Assembly: GCA_045648925.1 (NCBI GenBank)
Contig: JAZROY010000003.1
Span: forward strand, 57,082-121,081
From: Candidatus Enterousia sp.
GTDB taxonomy: Bacteria; Pseudomonadota; Alphaproteobacteria; Rs-D84
Length of the DNA stretch: 64,000 bases
Reading direction: 5' to 3'
Notes under the pieces: generated by a model
What the model saw: the letters and a program-made list of their open reading frames with translations, nothing else
Told to the model about the DNA's origin: nothing
Databases searched by the model: none
Made by a program: the position numbers and the translations under genes
Shown here: piece by piece, positions 8,981 to 18,843 of the stretch
Numbering within the stretch: position 1 is the first letter of the stretch
How the letters are laid out: every line of letters begins with the position of its first letter

Positions 8981-10561
8981 TTATTCATGTCTGTTCGTAT
9001 ATTTACCATCTATTAAATTCTGACGAACAATATGATGTTTAACTTTCTGGGTACTGGTCATCGGCAAATCTTCGGTTGTCATCGCAAAGTGTGTAACCCA
9101 TTTATAAGATGCAAGTTTCTTATTAGCACTCGCAACTTCTTTTGCCAGTTTTTCCATTGTCATATTGTCTTCAACAGAAAACACACCATAAGTGACTGTT
9201 TTACCCTTGACCTTGTGTTCGAACACAGCGACATTTTTGACACCTGGAATTTCCATAAACAATGCTTCCAGTTCATCAGGATAAACATTTTTACCAGAAT
9301 CCAAAACAATCACTTGTTTTTTACGACCAGCAAAATGGTATTGATTATTTTTATCCAAATATACCAAATCGCCCGTATTAAACCAGCCATCTTTATCAAA
9401 CAGTTCTTTGTTCGCGACATCATTATTCAAATAACCACGGAATATATTTGGACCACGAACCCATAACGTGCCAATACCTTTGTCATTGACATCCCTGATT
9501 GTACATTCAGAACATCCGATTGGTGTTCCAAACGCAAACGGCACGCGATGTTTCACTGGTCTTGAACAACAAAACGGTCCGACTGTTTCGGTTAAACCAT
9601 AGCCCTGAATAAAAGCCACCCCAAGCGATTCATAGAAACTTTCCACTTCTGGCTTAGTCGCAGCACCACCAGCAATCATTAAACTGACACGACCACCAAA
9701 GATATCAAGTATTGGTTTTTGTACCCGATGCACCAACCAACCCAAACCGATATGTTTCAAAGTTTTTTGGTGTTTCAACACAAATGATACAAACCACCAC
9801 ATGTGTTTTGCTTTGATACCTTCGATAATTTTGTTACGAAAAACCTCCCAAAGACGGGGAACCGCGGGGATACAGTGCGGTTTATAGTTTTTAAAATCAT
9901 CCAAAATATTTTTTGGATTTATTGTCGGCTGTAATAAAATTCCCATATGAAAATGCATAGGTGCCAAAATACCAGCCGCAAAACCAAAGACATGGTAAAG
10001 CGGTAAAAAACCATACATTATTTCATTTTTGTGAATCCATTGCCCCATTTCCGCATAACAATCAGACGATGTCTTTAAATTACCATGCGTTAACGGAACA
10101 ACCTTTGGGTTGCCTGTTGAACCAGATGTAAAAGACATTGTAGCGATATCATCACTTGATGTTTTTGCGGGTTTAATTTTTGTATCTGCTTTGGTATCTT
10201 TGGTTTCTATATCAAAGAATTTAAAATTCTTGGTCTTATAGAAGAAAGATTTTTCTGCACATACAAACTTGCACCCAACTATCTTGGTCATATTATCGTA
10301 TTCAAACGGGGTTAAATTTGTGTCCAACAACAACACAGTCCCGCCCAAATACCAAATTGCGAAAAGAGTCACAGGAAATTCTGGAATATTATGCGCCAAT
10401 AAACCAACAACATCGCCAGGTTTGACACCGGCATTATACAAAGTAGTCGCCCGCGCATGGATTAGTTTCAGAACATCTTTGAATGTGATTTTTTCGCGTA
10501 CCAAATACAAAGCATTTGGCGATTCTTGCGCCACCTGCTCTAAAAAATGATACATGTTCAT
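8981..10561 (-). CDS. AMP-dependent synthetase/ligase (long-chain fatty-acid--CoA ligase-like), paralog 3
   Basis: 526 aa; TSGSTGNPKVVPLTH, QGYGLTETVGP; C-terminal 60 aa nearly identical to paralogs 1 and 2. Confidence 0.8.
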   Translation of the reverse strand: MNMYHFLEQVAQESPNALYLVREKITFKDVLKLIHARATTLYNAGVKPGDVVGLLAHNIPEFPVTLFAIWYLGGTVLLLDTNLTPFEYDNMTKIVGCKFVCAEKSFFYKTKNFKFFDIETKDTKADTKIKPAKTSSDDIATMSFTSGSTGNPKVVPLTHGNLKTSSDCYAEMGQWIHKNEIMYGFLPLYHVFGFAAGILAPMHFHMGILLQPTINPKNILDDFKNYKPHCIPAVPRLWEVFRNKIIEGIKAKHMWWFVSFVLKHQKTLKHIGLGWLVHRVQKPILDIFGGRVSLMIAGGAATKPEVESFYESLGVAFIQGYGLTETVGPFCCSRPVKHRVPFAFGTPIGCSECTIRDVNDKGIGTLWVRGPNIFRGYLNNDVANKELFDKDGWFNTGDLVYLDKNNQYHFAGRKKQVIVLDSGKNVYPDELEALFMEIPGVKNVAVFEHKVKGKTVTYGVFSVEDNMTMEKLAKEVASANKKLASYKWVTHFAMTTEDLPMTSTQKVKHHIVRQNLIDGKYTNRHE

Positions 10562-10631
10562 AACATAAAATCCTTGTTGTTTTTATATTGGACAAGGTAT
10601 ATTATAATATTATAAAAAGAAGATTGCAATT

Positions 10632-11405
10632 ATGAAAATACTAACTCTTAACATAAATTCTATACGCGCCCATATCGAAAGTTTTATGGAAATTTTGCAC
10701 AAAAATGAATACGACACCATTTTAATCCAAGAATTAAAGGTTGAAACCGCCAATTTTCCTTATAATTTATTGGACGAATACGGATATAATATAAAGGTTT
10801 TTGGGCAAAAATCGTGGAACGGGGTCGCTACTTTTTCAAAATTTTCTATTGAAGACACTATTCTTGGCATGCCGTCTTACCCAGATATAAATGCCCGTTT
10901 TTTGGAATGTGTGGTTGACGGTCGGATTCGCGTTATAAATGTGTATATGCCGAACGGTGATTGTATTGAATCGCCAAAGTTCCCTTATAAATTGGATTGG
11001 ATGAATTCATTTACAAAATACATTTCTCAATACCTTGACAGTGAAGAACCTGTTATAATCGGTGGCGATTTTAATGTTGCAATTCGCGACGAAGATGTAT
11101 GGAATCCCAAAAATTATGTTGGCTCTTCAATTTCTGCACCGGCAGCGCGTGAAATTATGCAAAAATGGTTGGATGCTGGTTGGACAGACGCATGGCGAAC
11201 ATTGCACCCAAAGGATACAGGATACACATGGTACGGCTATCGCGGACGCGATACGGTTGGAAACAAACAGGGATTACGCCTTGATTACTTTCTTTGCAAT
11301 AAAACAGCCGTCAAAATGGTTAAAAATTGTGAAATCGATATGCACCCAAGATTGGCATCCAAACCCACCGACCATTGTGGGTTGGTGTTGGAATTAAAAG
11401 GTTAA
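10632..11405 (+). CDS. xth: Exodeoxyribonuclease III
   Basis: MKILTLNINSIRAH...IQELK; EEP-fold motifs, 257 aa. Confidence 0.85.
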   Translation: MKILTLNINSIRAHIESFMEILHKNEYDTILIQELKVETANFPYNLLDEYGYNIKVFGQKSWNGVATFSKFSIEDTILGMPSYPDINARFLECVVDGRIRVINVYMPNGDCIESPKFPYKLDWMNSFTKYISQYLDSEEPVIIGGDFNVAIRDEDVWNPKNYVGSSISAPAAREIMQKWLDAGWTDAWRTLHPKDTGYTWYGYRGRDTVGNKQGLRLDYFLCNKTAVKMVKNCEIDMHPRLASKPTDHCGLVLELKG

Positions 11406-13885
11406 TCCCCAACGCGGGCCAGATCATCGTATTCGTGATATTTTGCGCCAACTGCTTCGCGATATTCGTATTCTGCAACTTTATCAGTGCTGTATTGTCC
11501 AAATAACTCTTTCACCTTTTGCACTGTATTATCAATCATCATTTGCGCTTCGTCGTCCGCGTATTCAATCAAATCTAAATCACCATTTTTTAATTGTAAA
11601 AATTGCAAAACTGGGACAACAGATACATTTTTCATTTTTATTGAAAAGCCACTGTTTTGCATCATATATCCCTCTAATGCGATTTGTGGCATTGTGCCTT
11701 CCATTAATTGTTTTTTTGTTGGCGCCGCCCCCGTCTTTATATCCATAACCACACCGTCCCAGATAATATCTGCACGCGCGCGAACATTGCGTCCCGCGAT
11801 ATTGGTTGAACCCGCAATTTCAATATATTGTGGTTTTTTATCTTTAAATTTATCTTCTACAAAATCAGCGATTTCACAAAATCTTTTATGCCAAAAATAA
11901 AATAAAATTGAATCTGGTGGCAAAACCATTTTTGCCCGTTTATCCATTTCTGCAATCAATTTTGATGCGTCAAAATCTTTTGCGCTTTCAATTACATCAT
12001 GAACCAGATTTCCAAAATTTCGCGCATCTGGCAAAACCCAATAATCGTCTTTTGGTCTAAGGCGTAAAATATGTTTCACATAAAAAGCATATGGATTATG
12101 TATCAATAATTCAATTTCTGTCACATAAACATCACTTTTATCAATTGGTGGTGTTGGCGCAGCATAATCAAGCGGCTTATATTCCACATCATCCCTTTCA
12201 CGCACAGATTGTAAAATATCGTCTGCTGTTTTAATATCACCAATCGCAACGCGTACACGCGACAAAAACCGCGATTCAGTATTTAATGTTCCCCCAGATT
12301 GTTTCGAACGCAACCAATAAACCATTGGTCCACACGAAAGTATCATAAAGTCCAATGCCTGCAACGCAACCTTGCGATTTGGGGACGGTAATCCGATTTT
12401 TTGTGAAATATTTTTTGGTAACCAAGAATTTTCATAACCAATGCTTGGGAACATACCTTCGTTAAGCCCGGTTAAAATTACAACATCCGCGGTCTGCATA
12501 CGCGATTCAATCGTTCCAATAACGCATACACGACAATCTTCGGTTTTTATCGGTCGCACAGAAACACTTTTAATCGCATCCGCAACAAAAGAACGCGCAT
12601 CAAAAACATTTAAAACTATATTATTTGCACATAAAATATCTGATGTTTCTTTTATCGCGTTCCAAATTGGAATATCACTTTCATTTTTCACTTCAAAATT
12701 TGGTTGAAAATTATAATCATTATTTTCATCAACAAATTTCACCAACATATCAAATAAATTATGTTTGCTTTGTGCATATAACTTTTCAAAATCATCTTTG
12801 TTATTTTCAATCCAATCATCAAACAAATTCAATATCGTGCGTCCAACATCTGTCATTGTTCCAGGTGTTCCTGATGAAAAATCAGCATCTATACCAACAC
12901 GCATCATTTCTGATTTTATTCTTTGATTTGCCGCCGCGTCTGGTGTAATTACCAATACGGATTTATTTTGTTTTATTGCGCGTTCCGCGATTTCTGCAAC
13001 ACATTTTGCCTCTTCACTTTCGCGGCCACATTCAATCAATTTGCAATTTTGTAATTTATTATTTATGTGTTGACCGCTGTTTTCAAAAGCGATATTCATA
13101 ATATCAAAGCATTCATTTTTACCTACATTTATTGTTTGAACATCTTGCCAATTCAACCCGACTTTTTGTAAAAATTTATATTCGTTATTATAAGGGTTTG
13201 TATCCAACATAAAATATTCATCCGCCCCAGATATTCTTCCAGATAATATAATTTTTCCGTTTGGTCTTTTTGCGATATTTTCCATCAATGTAGCAGTTGC
13301 CGGAACCGAAGCAGTTGACCCACATACAATCACACAATCATATTCACCCAAATGATTTATCCACGATAAAATACCAGCATTTCTTTTTTGTGTTGTTGTT
13401 AATCTGTCATTTGGTAATTGTTTTAATATATCAAGTATTCGCGCCTTGTTTTGAAAATGAGTGGCATATTTACCATCTATGATTTCAGACCAATTTATAT
13501 CATTTATATCAACACCTTCGTTTTCCAGATAATCTTGCATACGAATAAAATCGTGCGCCAAAGGAAGAGCGGTTGCGATATTTTTTACATTTGCATCCAT
13601 TGATAAAAGTTTTGATAAAACAATAATGCGTTCTGTGTTTGAAACTGTATCTGGATATTCTTCGGTTTCTTCTTCTGCACCATCACCAAGCGGGATTAAG
13701 TTCGGCAATACAACCGCATGCCCTATTTTATCAACAATCATTTTTTCCACGCTTCTGATTGCGCGCCGCGAAGGTAAAAAAATCAAAACCCGCGAAAAAT
13801 CATTTTTGTATTGTTCAATTTCGCCCCATAACGCATCCAGCATTTTACAAGGATTGGAAACATTAAAAATATTTTTATTTAACAC
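11402..13885 (-). CDS. AddB-like double-strand break repair helicase-nuclease subunit (PD-(D/E)XK nuclease superfamily)
   Basis: 827 aa; C-terminal RecB-like nuclease motif GRNVRARADIIWDGVVMDIKTG...QIALEGYM; N-terminal inactive helicase-like region; no addA partner in window. Confidence 0.5.
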   Translation of the reverse strand: MLNKNIFNVSNPCKMLDALWGEIEQYKNDFSRVLIFLPSRRAIRSVEKMIVDKIGHAVVLPNLIPLGDGAEEETEEYPDTVSNTERIIVLSKLLSMDANVKNIATALPLAHDFIRMQDYLENEGVDINDINWSEIIDGKYATHFQNKARILDILKQLPNDRLTTTQKRNAGILSWINHLGEYDCVIVCGSTASVPATATLMENIAKRPNGKIILSGRISGADEYFMLDTNPYNNEYKFLQKVGLNWQDVQTINVGKNECFDIMNIAFENSGQHINNKLQNCKLIECGRESEEAKCVAEIAERAIKQNKSVLVITPDAAANQRIKSEMMRVGIDADFSSGTPGTMTDVGRTILNLFDDWIENNKDDFEKLYAQSKHNLFDMLVKFVDENNDYNFQPNFEVKNESDIPIWNAIKETSDILCANNIVLNVFDARSFVADAIKSVSVRPIKTEDCRVCVIGTIESRMQTADVVILTGLNEGMFPSIGYENSWLPKNISQKIGLPSPNRKVALQALDFMILSCGPMVYWLRSKQSGGTLNTESRFLSRVRVAIGDIKTADDILQSVRERDDVEYKPLDYAAPTPPIDKSDVYVTEIELLIHNPYAFYVKHILRLRPKDDYWVLPDARNFGNLVHDVIESAKDFDASKLIAEMDKRAKMVLPPDSILFYFWHKRFCEIADFVEDKFKDKKPQYIEIAGSTNIAGRNVRARADIIWDGVVMDIKTGAAPTKKQLMEGTMPQIALEGYMMQNSGFSIKMKNVSVVPVLQFLQLKNGDLDLIEYADDEAQMMIDNTVQKVKELFGQYSTDKVAEYEYREAVGAKYHEYDDLARVGD

Positions 13886-14429
13886 CGATAATATCCCTTA
13901 ATTCATCCAGCCCGATTTTCTTTTCAGCAGATGTTTCCAATATTTTTTCAACCATCGCAGGATGATTTTTGTGTTCAATTTTTAATTGTTCTTTTTCACG
14001 AACGCGTTTATCTTTTTTTGTGTAAACAACCTGATAACAAATTCCATTTTCATCGCAAAAATTCATTAAATCTATATCAGAATCTTTGACACCAACCCTT
14101 GAATCTATCAATATAAATAACCGTCTTAGTTGCGAACGATTTAATAAATATTCTTCTAATCTTTCTAGCCAGCGCATTGCTTCTGCCTTGGACACACGCG
14201 CATATCCGTAACCCGGTAAATCAACAATCATTGATTTATCGCGTATATTAAAAAGATTTAAACTTTGTGTTCGCCCCGGTGTATTCGAAGTCCGCGCAAT
14301 CTTTTCATTCACAATCGCATTAATTAACGAAGATTTGCCAACATTACTGCGCCCAACAAAAGCATATTCGGCAAATTGCGTATTTGGCAAAGATTTAACA
14401 TTTTCAAAAGAACCAACAAATTTTATCAT
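13875..14429 (-). CDS. engB: Ribosome biogenesis GTP-binding protein YihA/EngB
   Basis: FVGRSNVGKSSLINA G1 motif, DLPGYGY; 184 aa. Confidence 0.85.
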   Translation of the reverse strand: MIKFVGSFENVKSLPNTQFAEYAFVGRSNVGKSSLINAIVNEKIARTSNTPGRTQSLNLFNIRDKSMIVDLPGYGYARVSKAEAMRWLERLEEYLLNRSQLRRLFILIDSRVGVKDSDIDLMNFCDENGICYQVVYTKKDKRVREKEQLKIEHKNHPAMVEKILETSAEKKIGLDELRDIIGVK

Positions 14430-15214
14430 GATTTTTTCACCAATTTTTTATATGCTTCCTTTTTTGAAATCCCGGCACGCGCTGCAACCAAAGCCGCCGC
14501 AGATTTTGTAGAATTCACAACGACATCATTTACAATTTCACTTATTTCTGCATCACTTATTTTTTTATCTGGTGCAGGCGCAACAACAATAACTATTTCA
14601 CCGCGTGGCGGTTCAATATTTACCAATTCCGCAGGATAACCAATAATAGTTTCTTCGTGAATTTTTGTAATTTCACGCACGATTGCTATTTTGCGTTCTG
14701 GCATAACAGATGCCAAAGTTTTAATTGTGTTCATAACCCGATTCGGACTTTCGTAATAAATTATGGTATGACGAATTTTGTTATCATCACGCACTTTCTT
14801 TTCATCAAAAAAACCACAGAAAGTAAATCTGTCTGTTGGGAAACCAGACAACACCAGCGCTGATATAGCAGCCGTTGGTCCTGGTATAACAAATACATCA
14901 ACCCCCGCGTCCCGCGCAGCGCGCACGATACGAAAACCCGGGTCACTTATTCCCGGCATACCCGCATCAGAAACCGCTGCAATCGCATAACCATTTTGAA
15001 TTTTTTCAATTAAAGAATCAATAACTTCGCGTTCATTATGTTCGTGGCATGACACAGTTTTTGTTTTTATATTAAAATGATGTGCCAATTTTCCAAAAAC
15101 GCGTGTATCTTCTGCCGCGACCAGGTCAACATTTTGTAAAATTTCGATGGCTCTGGGCGACAAATCAGCCAAATTTCCAATTGGTGTTCCAATAATGTAA
15201 AGTCCTGATTGCAT
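14426..15214 (-). CDS. rsmI: 16S rRNA (cytidine1402-2'-O)-methyltransferase RsmI
   Basis: Start at internal ATG 15214 (MQSGLYIIGTPIGNLADLSPRAIEIL... canonical RsmI N-terminus); tetrapyrrole-methylase fold; divergent from lpoA-like gene as in E. coli yraL-yraM. Confidence 0.85.
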   Translation of the reverse strand: MQSGLYIIGTPIGNLADLSPRAIEILQNVDLVAAEDTRVFGKLAHHFNIKTKTVSCHEHNEREVIDSLIEKIQNGYAIAAVSDAGMPGISDPGFRIVRAARDAGVDVFVIPGPTAAISALVLSGFPTDRFTFCGFFDEKKVRDDNKIRHTIIYYESPNRVMNTIKTLASVMPERKIAIVREITKIHEETIIGYPAELVNIEPPRGEIVIVVAPAPDKKISDAEISEIVNDVVVNSTKSAAALVAARAGISKKEAYKKLVKKS

Positions 15215-15267
15215 TTTAAATCCTTTTGCATTAGAATGATAACATACAAGAGGTAGGATTTTCAATA

Positions 15268-16869
15268 ATGATGAATAAATTTTTAATTTGTTTGGGTCTT
15301 TTATTGGCTGGTTGCTCTGGTAATCGTGCTATGAAAACTGCAGAAATTGGAACATCTGCACCGACAGATATCCAATCTAGTTATTTGTATTCGACATCCA
15401 TGTATGGGACAGATAGCGCTGGACCATATGCGAATGTTGCGGTTCTTTTACCGATGACCGGCGATGCGAGGGTTGCTGGCAACGACATAAAAACATCTAT
15501 TGAAACCGCCTTTTTGCGCAAGACAAAGCAAAATATCAAGGTATCATTTTTTGATTTACCAAACAATAAAGCAAACAGATACGATGCGATTCGCAACGCG
15601 CTTGGCACAAACCCAGATGTTATAATCGGACCATTATTCGCCGAAGATGCTGAAAATTTGCGCGATATGAAGTCATCAAACATACCGGTAATATCATTTA
15701 CATCCGATGTCAATGCGTTGGGCGATAATGTAATAACAACAAATTTAATCCCAACACAAAGCATTGAAACAATTGTCCGTCAAATGCAAAAAGATGGCGC
15801 AAGAAATATGCTTGTTCTGGCACCAGACGATAATTCTGGCAAACAAATGGCGGCGGTCGCAGAACGCGTTTCGTCTGCATACAATATGCCAATTAACGGA
15901 TTATTCTATTATCTGCCAAACAATTCATATTCTATCAAAGATGCGGCCCAGCGGGCATCTATGTATAACGCACGCAATGCCGCAAACACCCGCGCAAGAG
16001 AGGTTTTATCAGACATACTTGCCAAAGAATCTTTATCTGCTGCCGACAAACACAATTTGCGCGTTCAGCTGGAGAAAATCTCACGCACGGAAACACTTGG
16101 CCAATTACCATATGATGCAATTTTGTTCCTTGGGAGCGGCGAAGATTCCAAAACACTGGCATCTTTCTTGCGCTATTATGGGGTAAGTAATAAAGATGCA
16201 GGTTTTTACGGGACAACGCTTTGGCACGGTTCTGATATCGCATCTGATTTCACAATGAGTGGCGCAAAGTATGCCACACTGCCAGAAATTTCGGGAAATT
16301 TCGTAAATCTTTATAATATGATGGGTGGCAAAGACCCTGACTATTTGGCTGCTTTTGGGTATGATGCGGCTAATCTTGCTTTGGGGATGTTATATTCTGG
16401 GAAAAATCAATCGGCATATCTTTATGATCCAAATGGATATCTGGGGACAACCGGTGCTTTCCGCCTTCAACCATCTGGCGAATCAGAACGCGCATTGCGT
16501 ATAATGGAATTAAACGGTTCGGGCAGCCCAATTACATTTGCGGATGCACCTACTAATTTCTTAACACCGCTTTATAACATCAGAACAACAAATTTGCGCA
16601 ATGTTTCTGAACGCGAATTGGCAACCCCAGGTATAAACCCTGGTGATTACATCAGCATACCTGATGATTTACGCAGAAAATCTGAATACAAAACCAAGAC
16701 AATCGGCGCAAATGCTGTGTCTGATTATGGGGCAATACAACAAACATATGCCCCGGTTCAAATTTATGAATCAGAAAAAACAGAAACCATATCTAACCCA
16801 GAATATGAAACGGCAAAACCAGAAACAATTTCCCGTTCATATATCGATGTGGTAGAGGTTGAAGAATAA
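15268..16869 (+). CDS. LpoA-like lipoprotein (penicillin-binding protein activator family; periplasmic-binding-protein type I fold)
   Basis: Lipobox LLAGCSG; PBP-I/LivJ-like core (VAVLLPMTGDARVAGND...IIGPLFAED...IPVISFTSD); divergent arrangement with rsmI mirrors E. coli lpoA (yraM). Confidence 0.45.
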   Translation: MMNKFLICLGLLLAGCSGNRAMKTAEIGTSAPTDIQSSYLYSTSMYGTDSAGPYANVAVLLPMTGDARVAGNDIKTSIETAFLRKTKQNIKVSFFDLPNNKANRYDAIRNALGTNPDVIIGPLFAEDAENLRDMKSSNIPVISFTSDVNALGDNVITTNLIPTQSIETIVRQMQKDGARNMLVLAPDDNSGKQMAAVAERVSSAYNMPINGLFYYLPNNSYSIKDAAQRASMYNARNAANTRAREVLSDILAKESLSAADKHNLRVQLEKISRTETLGQLPYDAILFLGSGEDSKTLASFLRYYGVSNKDAGFYGTTLWHGSDIASDFTMSGAKYATLPEISGNFVNLYNMMGGKDPDYLAAFGYDAANLALGMLYSGKNQSAYLYDPNGYLGTTGAFRLQPSGESERALRIMELNGSGSPITFADAPTNFLTPLYNIRTTNLRNVSERELATPGINPGDYISIPDDLRRKSEYKTKTIGANAVSDYGAIQQTYAPVQIYESEKTETISNPEYETAKPETISRSYIDVVEVEE

Positions 16870-16921
16870 ACACTTGCGTTTGTAAAAAAATACGATATAA
16901 TCGTATGGCTTTGAATTTATA

Positions 16922-16996
16922 GCGAGCATAGTTCAAAGGCTAGAATGCAAGCCTTCCAAGCTTGAAATGAGGGTTCGATTCCCTCTGCTCGCACCA
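16922..16996 (+). tRNA. tRNA-Gly (anticodon UCC)
   Basis: Manual fold: acceptor gcgagca/tgctcgc, D arm gttc..gaat, anticodon stem caagc/gcttg with loop cttccaa, T arm gaggg-ttcgatt-ccctc, discriminator A, encoded CCA. Confidence 0.85.
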
Positions 16997-17018
16997 CAGA
17001 TTGTGGTAACTTAGTTCA

Positions 17019-17104
17019 GGGCGCGCGCCGGAGTCGGAGAGCCGGGGCAGACTGTAAATCTGTTGTCTTTGACTGAGGTGGTTCGACTCCACCCGCTCCC
17101 ACCA
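17019..17104 (+). tRNA. tRNA-Tyr (anticodon GUA), class II with long variable arm
   Basis: Anticodon stem gcaga/tctgt with loop ctgtaaa; 13-nt variable arm; T arm ggtgg-ttcgact-ccacc; acceptor gggcgcg/cgctccc with one mismatch; CCA encoded. The 5' boundary is the least certain part. Confidence 0.7.
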
Positions 17105-17109
17105 AAATA

Positions 17110-17140
17110 AAAATCACACCCTTGCGGTGTGTTTTTTATT
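17110..17140 (+). terminator. Intrinsic terminator after tRNA-Gly/tRNA-Tyr
   Basis: cacacc-cttgc-ggtgtg hairpin followed by T6. Confidence 0.7.
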
Positions 17141-17198
17141 TTGTGGTCGTGGTTAAATTTATGTGTTACAATTATTTTGTAATCAAAAAGGATTTGTT

Positions 17199-17450
17199 AT
17201 GTCGCGGATTTGTCAGAGTTGTGCCATGCCTATGGACGATTCACAATTGTTTGGAACAAATAAAGATGGTTCCAGAAATTCTGATTATTGTATGTATTGT
17301 TATAAAAATGGTGAATTTGTCGATAATGTGTCGATGGAAAAATATATTGATATGATGATACCTTTTTCGGCGCAGGCAAATATGACACCGGACCAGATGC
17401 GTAAATATTGTGAAGAAGTTTTTCCAACACTGAAACGATGGAAAAAATAA
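17199..17450 (+). CDS. Putative zinc-ribbon domain protein
   Basis: Start at 17199 (AAGGA 9 nt upstream); MSRICQSCAMPM...DYCMYCYKNGEF matches the 'putative zinc ribbon' CxxC...CxxC family; 83 aa. Confidence 0.55.
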   Translation: MSRICQSCAMPMDDSQLFGTNKDGSRNSDYCMYCYKNGEFVDNVSMEKYIDMMIPFSAQANMTPDQMRKYCEEVFPTLKRWKK

Positions 17451-17465
17451 AAAAACTTCATTGTA

Positions 17466-18113
17466 TCAAAGAATATTATTTTTTAACGCCAATTCAACCA
17501 AAGTTTTACCTTTATACAGAAAATCTGTCGCACCATCTGGCAACCCTTTTACTTCATTGTTTGGATTTATTTTATTACGATAATCTTTAGCTGCTTTTGA
17601 AATCGTATTTGTTGTCCCATCTGGCATAGCCACGATACGAGAATCATTATAAGTTTTTACTGTATATTTAGGATTACCAACAAATGTTAATATTGTACCC
17701 TTTGGCAATCCAAGCTTTTTAAACGTAATTTTTGATCGCTGTTTTCTTACTTTTTGTATTACTTTTTTATCTTTAGATAACATTATATTATCTATTGTGA
17801 TTTCTTCTGCATCACCGCTAAGAGTGTATGTTCGTAGCAGACAAATCGCTTCTTCTACACTTAATTTAAAAAATTCACGATGAGAATTATGGCGAAGCTT
17901 ACCAAGAGCCTTGTGAATCATGGGTTCTATCTTATTATAATTATTAACACAAATTGCGAATTTTGCTTCGAATGGTTGTGGCATGTTTTCGCCATGTGAT
18001 AATTCTTTGCGACGCTTTTCAACATCTTTTGATGTACTGCCTTTTGTAACGCCTATTTTTACCAAGTCCGGAAATAATTCATTCCACATTACATATATAA
18101 TTCCACGTGTCAT
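17466..18113 (-). CDS. T5orf172/GIY-YIG-like domain protein with DUF4357-like C-terminal region
   Basis: Start at internal ATG 18113 (AAAGGA SD); GIIYVMWNELFPDLVKIGVTKG...RRKELS is the T5orf172 (Mug113) GIY-YIG-like signature; a basic C-terminal domain follows. Confidence 0.5.
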   Translation of the reverse strand: MTRGIIYVMWNELFPDLVKIGVTKGSTSKDVEKRRKELSHGENMPQPFEAKFAICVNNYNKIEPMIHKALGKLRHNSHREFFKLSVEEAICLLRTYTLSGDAEEITIDNIMLSKDKKVIQKVRKQRSKITFKKLGLPKGTILTFVGNPKYTVKTYNDSRIVAMPDGTTNTISKAAKDYRNKINPNNEVKGLPDGATDFLYKGKTLVELALKNNIL

Positions 18114-18282
18114 AACAATTCCTTTTTGTATTACACATATTATTTTATCACAATTTAGGTAAACATTCAAATTTCACCCTTAGGTGAAATTGGGCATTTT
18201 TCTTTAAACTCTTTTACCCCAAACATTAAATCGGCAAACCGTTGCTTATTTTCTGCTAAGATAGTGCAAGCAGTCCCATAAC

Positions 18283-18317
18283 AAAAAAACGCACCAAATT
18301 GGTGCGTTTTAATTTTT
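18283..18317. terminator. Bidirectional intrinsic terminator in non-coding gap
   Basis: A7-acgcacc-aaatt-ggtgcgt-TTTAATTTTT. Confidence 0.55.
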
Positions 18318-18526
18318 ACAACACTTAGCAATTAGAATATGCGGCCGAATAAACCACCATCCAAAGCCAATGTTAACAATATCCACCACCAAGAACATTT
18401 AAGAACATTAACTAATTTCAATATGATAAATATCAATGTCAGCATTTTTGACTCCTTTTGTTTGACACAATATGATTATATTCTATTTTATGAATTTTTG
18501 CAATCAACATTTTACAATGCGCGATA

Positions 18527-18567
18527 TAAAAAAAACCGGGTTATCAAATAACCCGGTATTTCTTTTT
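18527..18567. terminator. Bidirectional intrinsic terminator at the 3' end of the 88-aa gene
   Basis: A8-accgggttat-caaa-taacccggt-atttcttttt. Confidence 0.6.
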
Positions 18568-18832
18568 ATTTCACTGGCGGGAAACAATTATCGCCAATTT
18601 CTGGGCAACATACCATCCATCCATCCCCGGCATCGGTATAAGTTTCCCCGGCACAGCAACCGTTTTTATCTGGGCTTTCGCCATTTGGACATGTTGCAAA
18701 AAATCCGTTCCAGTTTGAAATAGTATAATGGGCGGCATAACCAATTATTCCACCAGCAAAAAAAGCAATTACCACCCATAACCATAATCTAGATTTTTTA
18801 TTTGTTGTTTGTTTAGCTACAACTTTTTTCAT
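18566..18832 (-). CDS. Small Cys-rich membrane-anchored protein, hypothetical
   Basis: 88 aa; N-terminal TM (LWLWVVIAFFAGGIIGYAA) followed by a CC..C..CC..C periplasmic tail. Confidence 0.4.
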   Translation of the reverse strand: MKKVVAKQTTNKKSRLWLWVVIAFFAGGIIGYAAHYTISNWNGFFATCPNGESPDKNGCCAGETYTDAGDGWMVCCPEIGDNCFPPVK

Positions 18833-18843
18833 TTTGTTTCCCC

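Noticed and set aside
5793-10550. Numerous 60-144-aa ORFs on the plus strand inside the three acyl-CoA ligase genes (e.g. 5793-6038, 8615-8977, 9032-9466, 10269-10550)
   Set aside because: These are antisense shadow ORFs inside strongly supported minus-strand genes. They have low-complexity translations and no independent signals.
17019-17104. Alternative interpretation of the tRNA-Tyr region as a tmRNA or other ncRNA because of the GC-rich 5' segment (gggcgcgcgccgg) and a mismatched acceptor pair
   Set aside because: The anticodon arm (GUA with U33/A37), long variable arm, canonical T-loop ggttcgact and encoded CCA fit a class II tRNA-Tyr. No tmRNA-like tag reading frame or pseudoknots are evident. 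One acceptor mismatch is tolerated.
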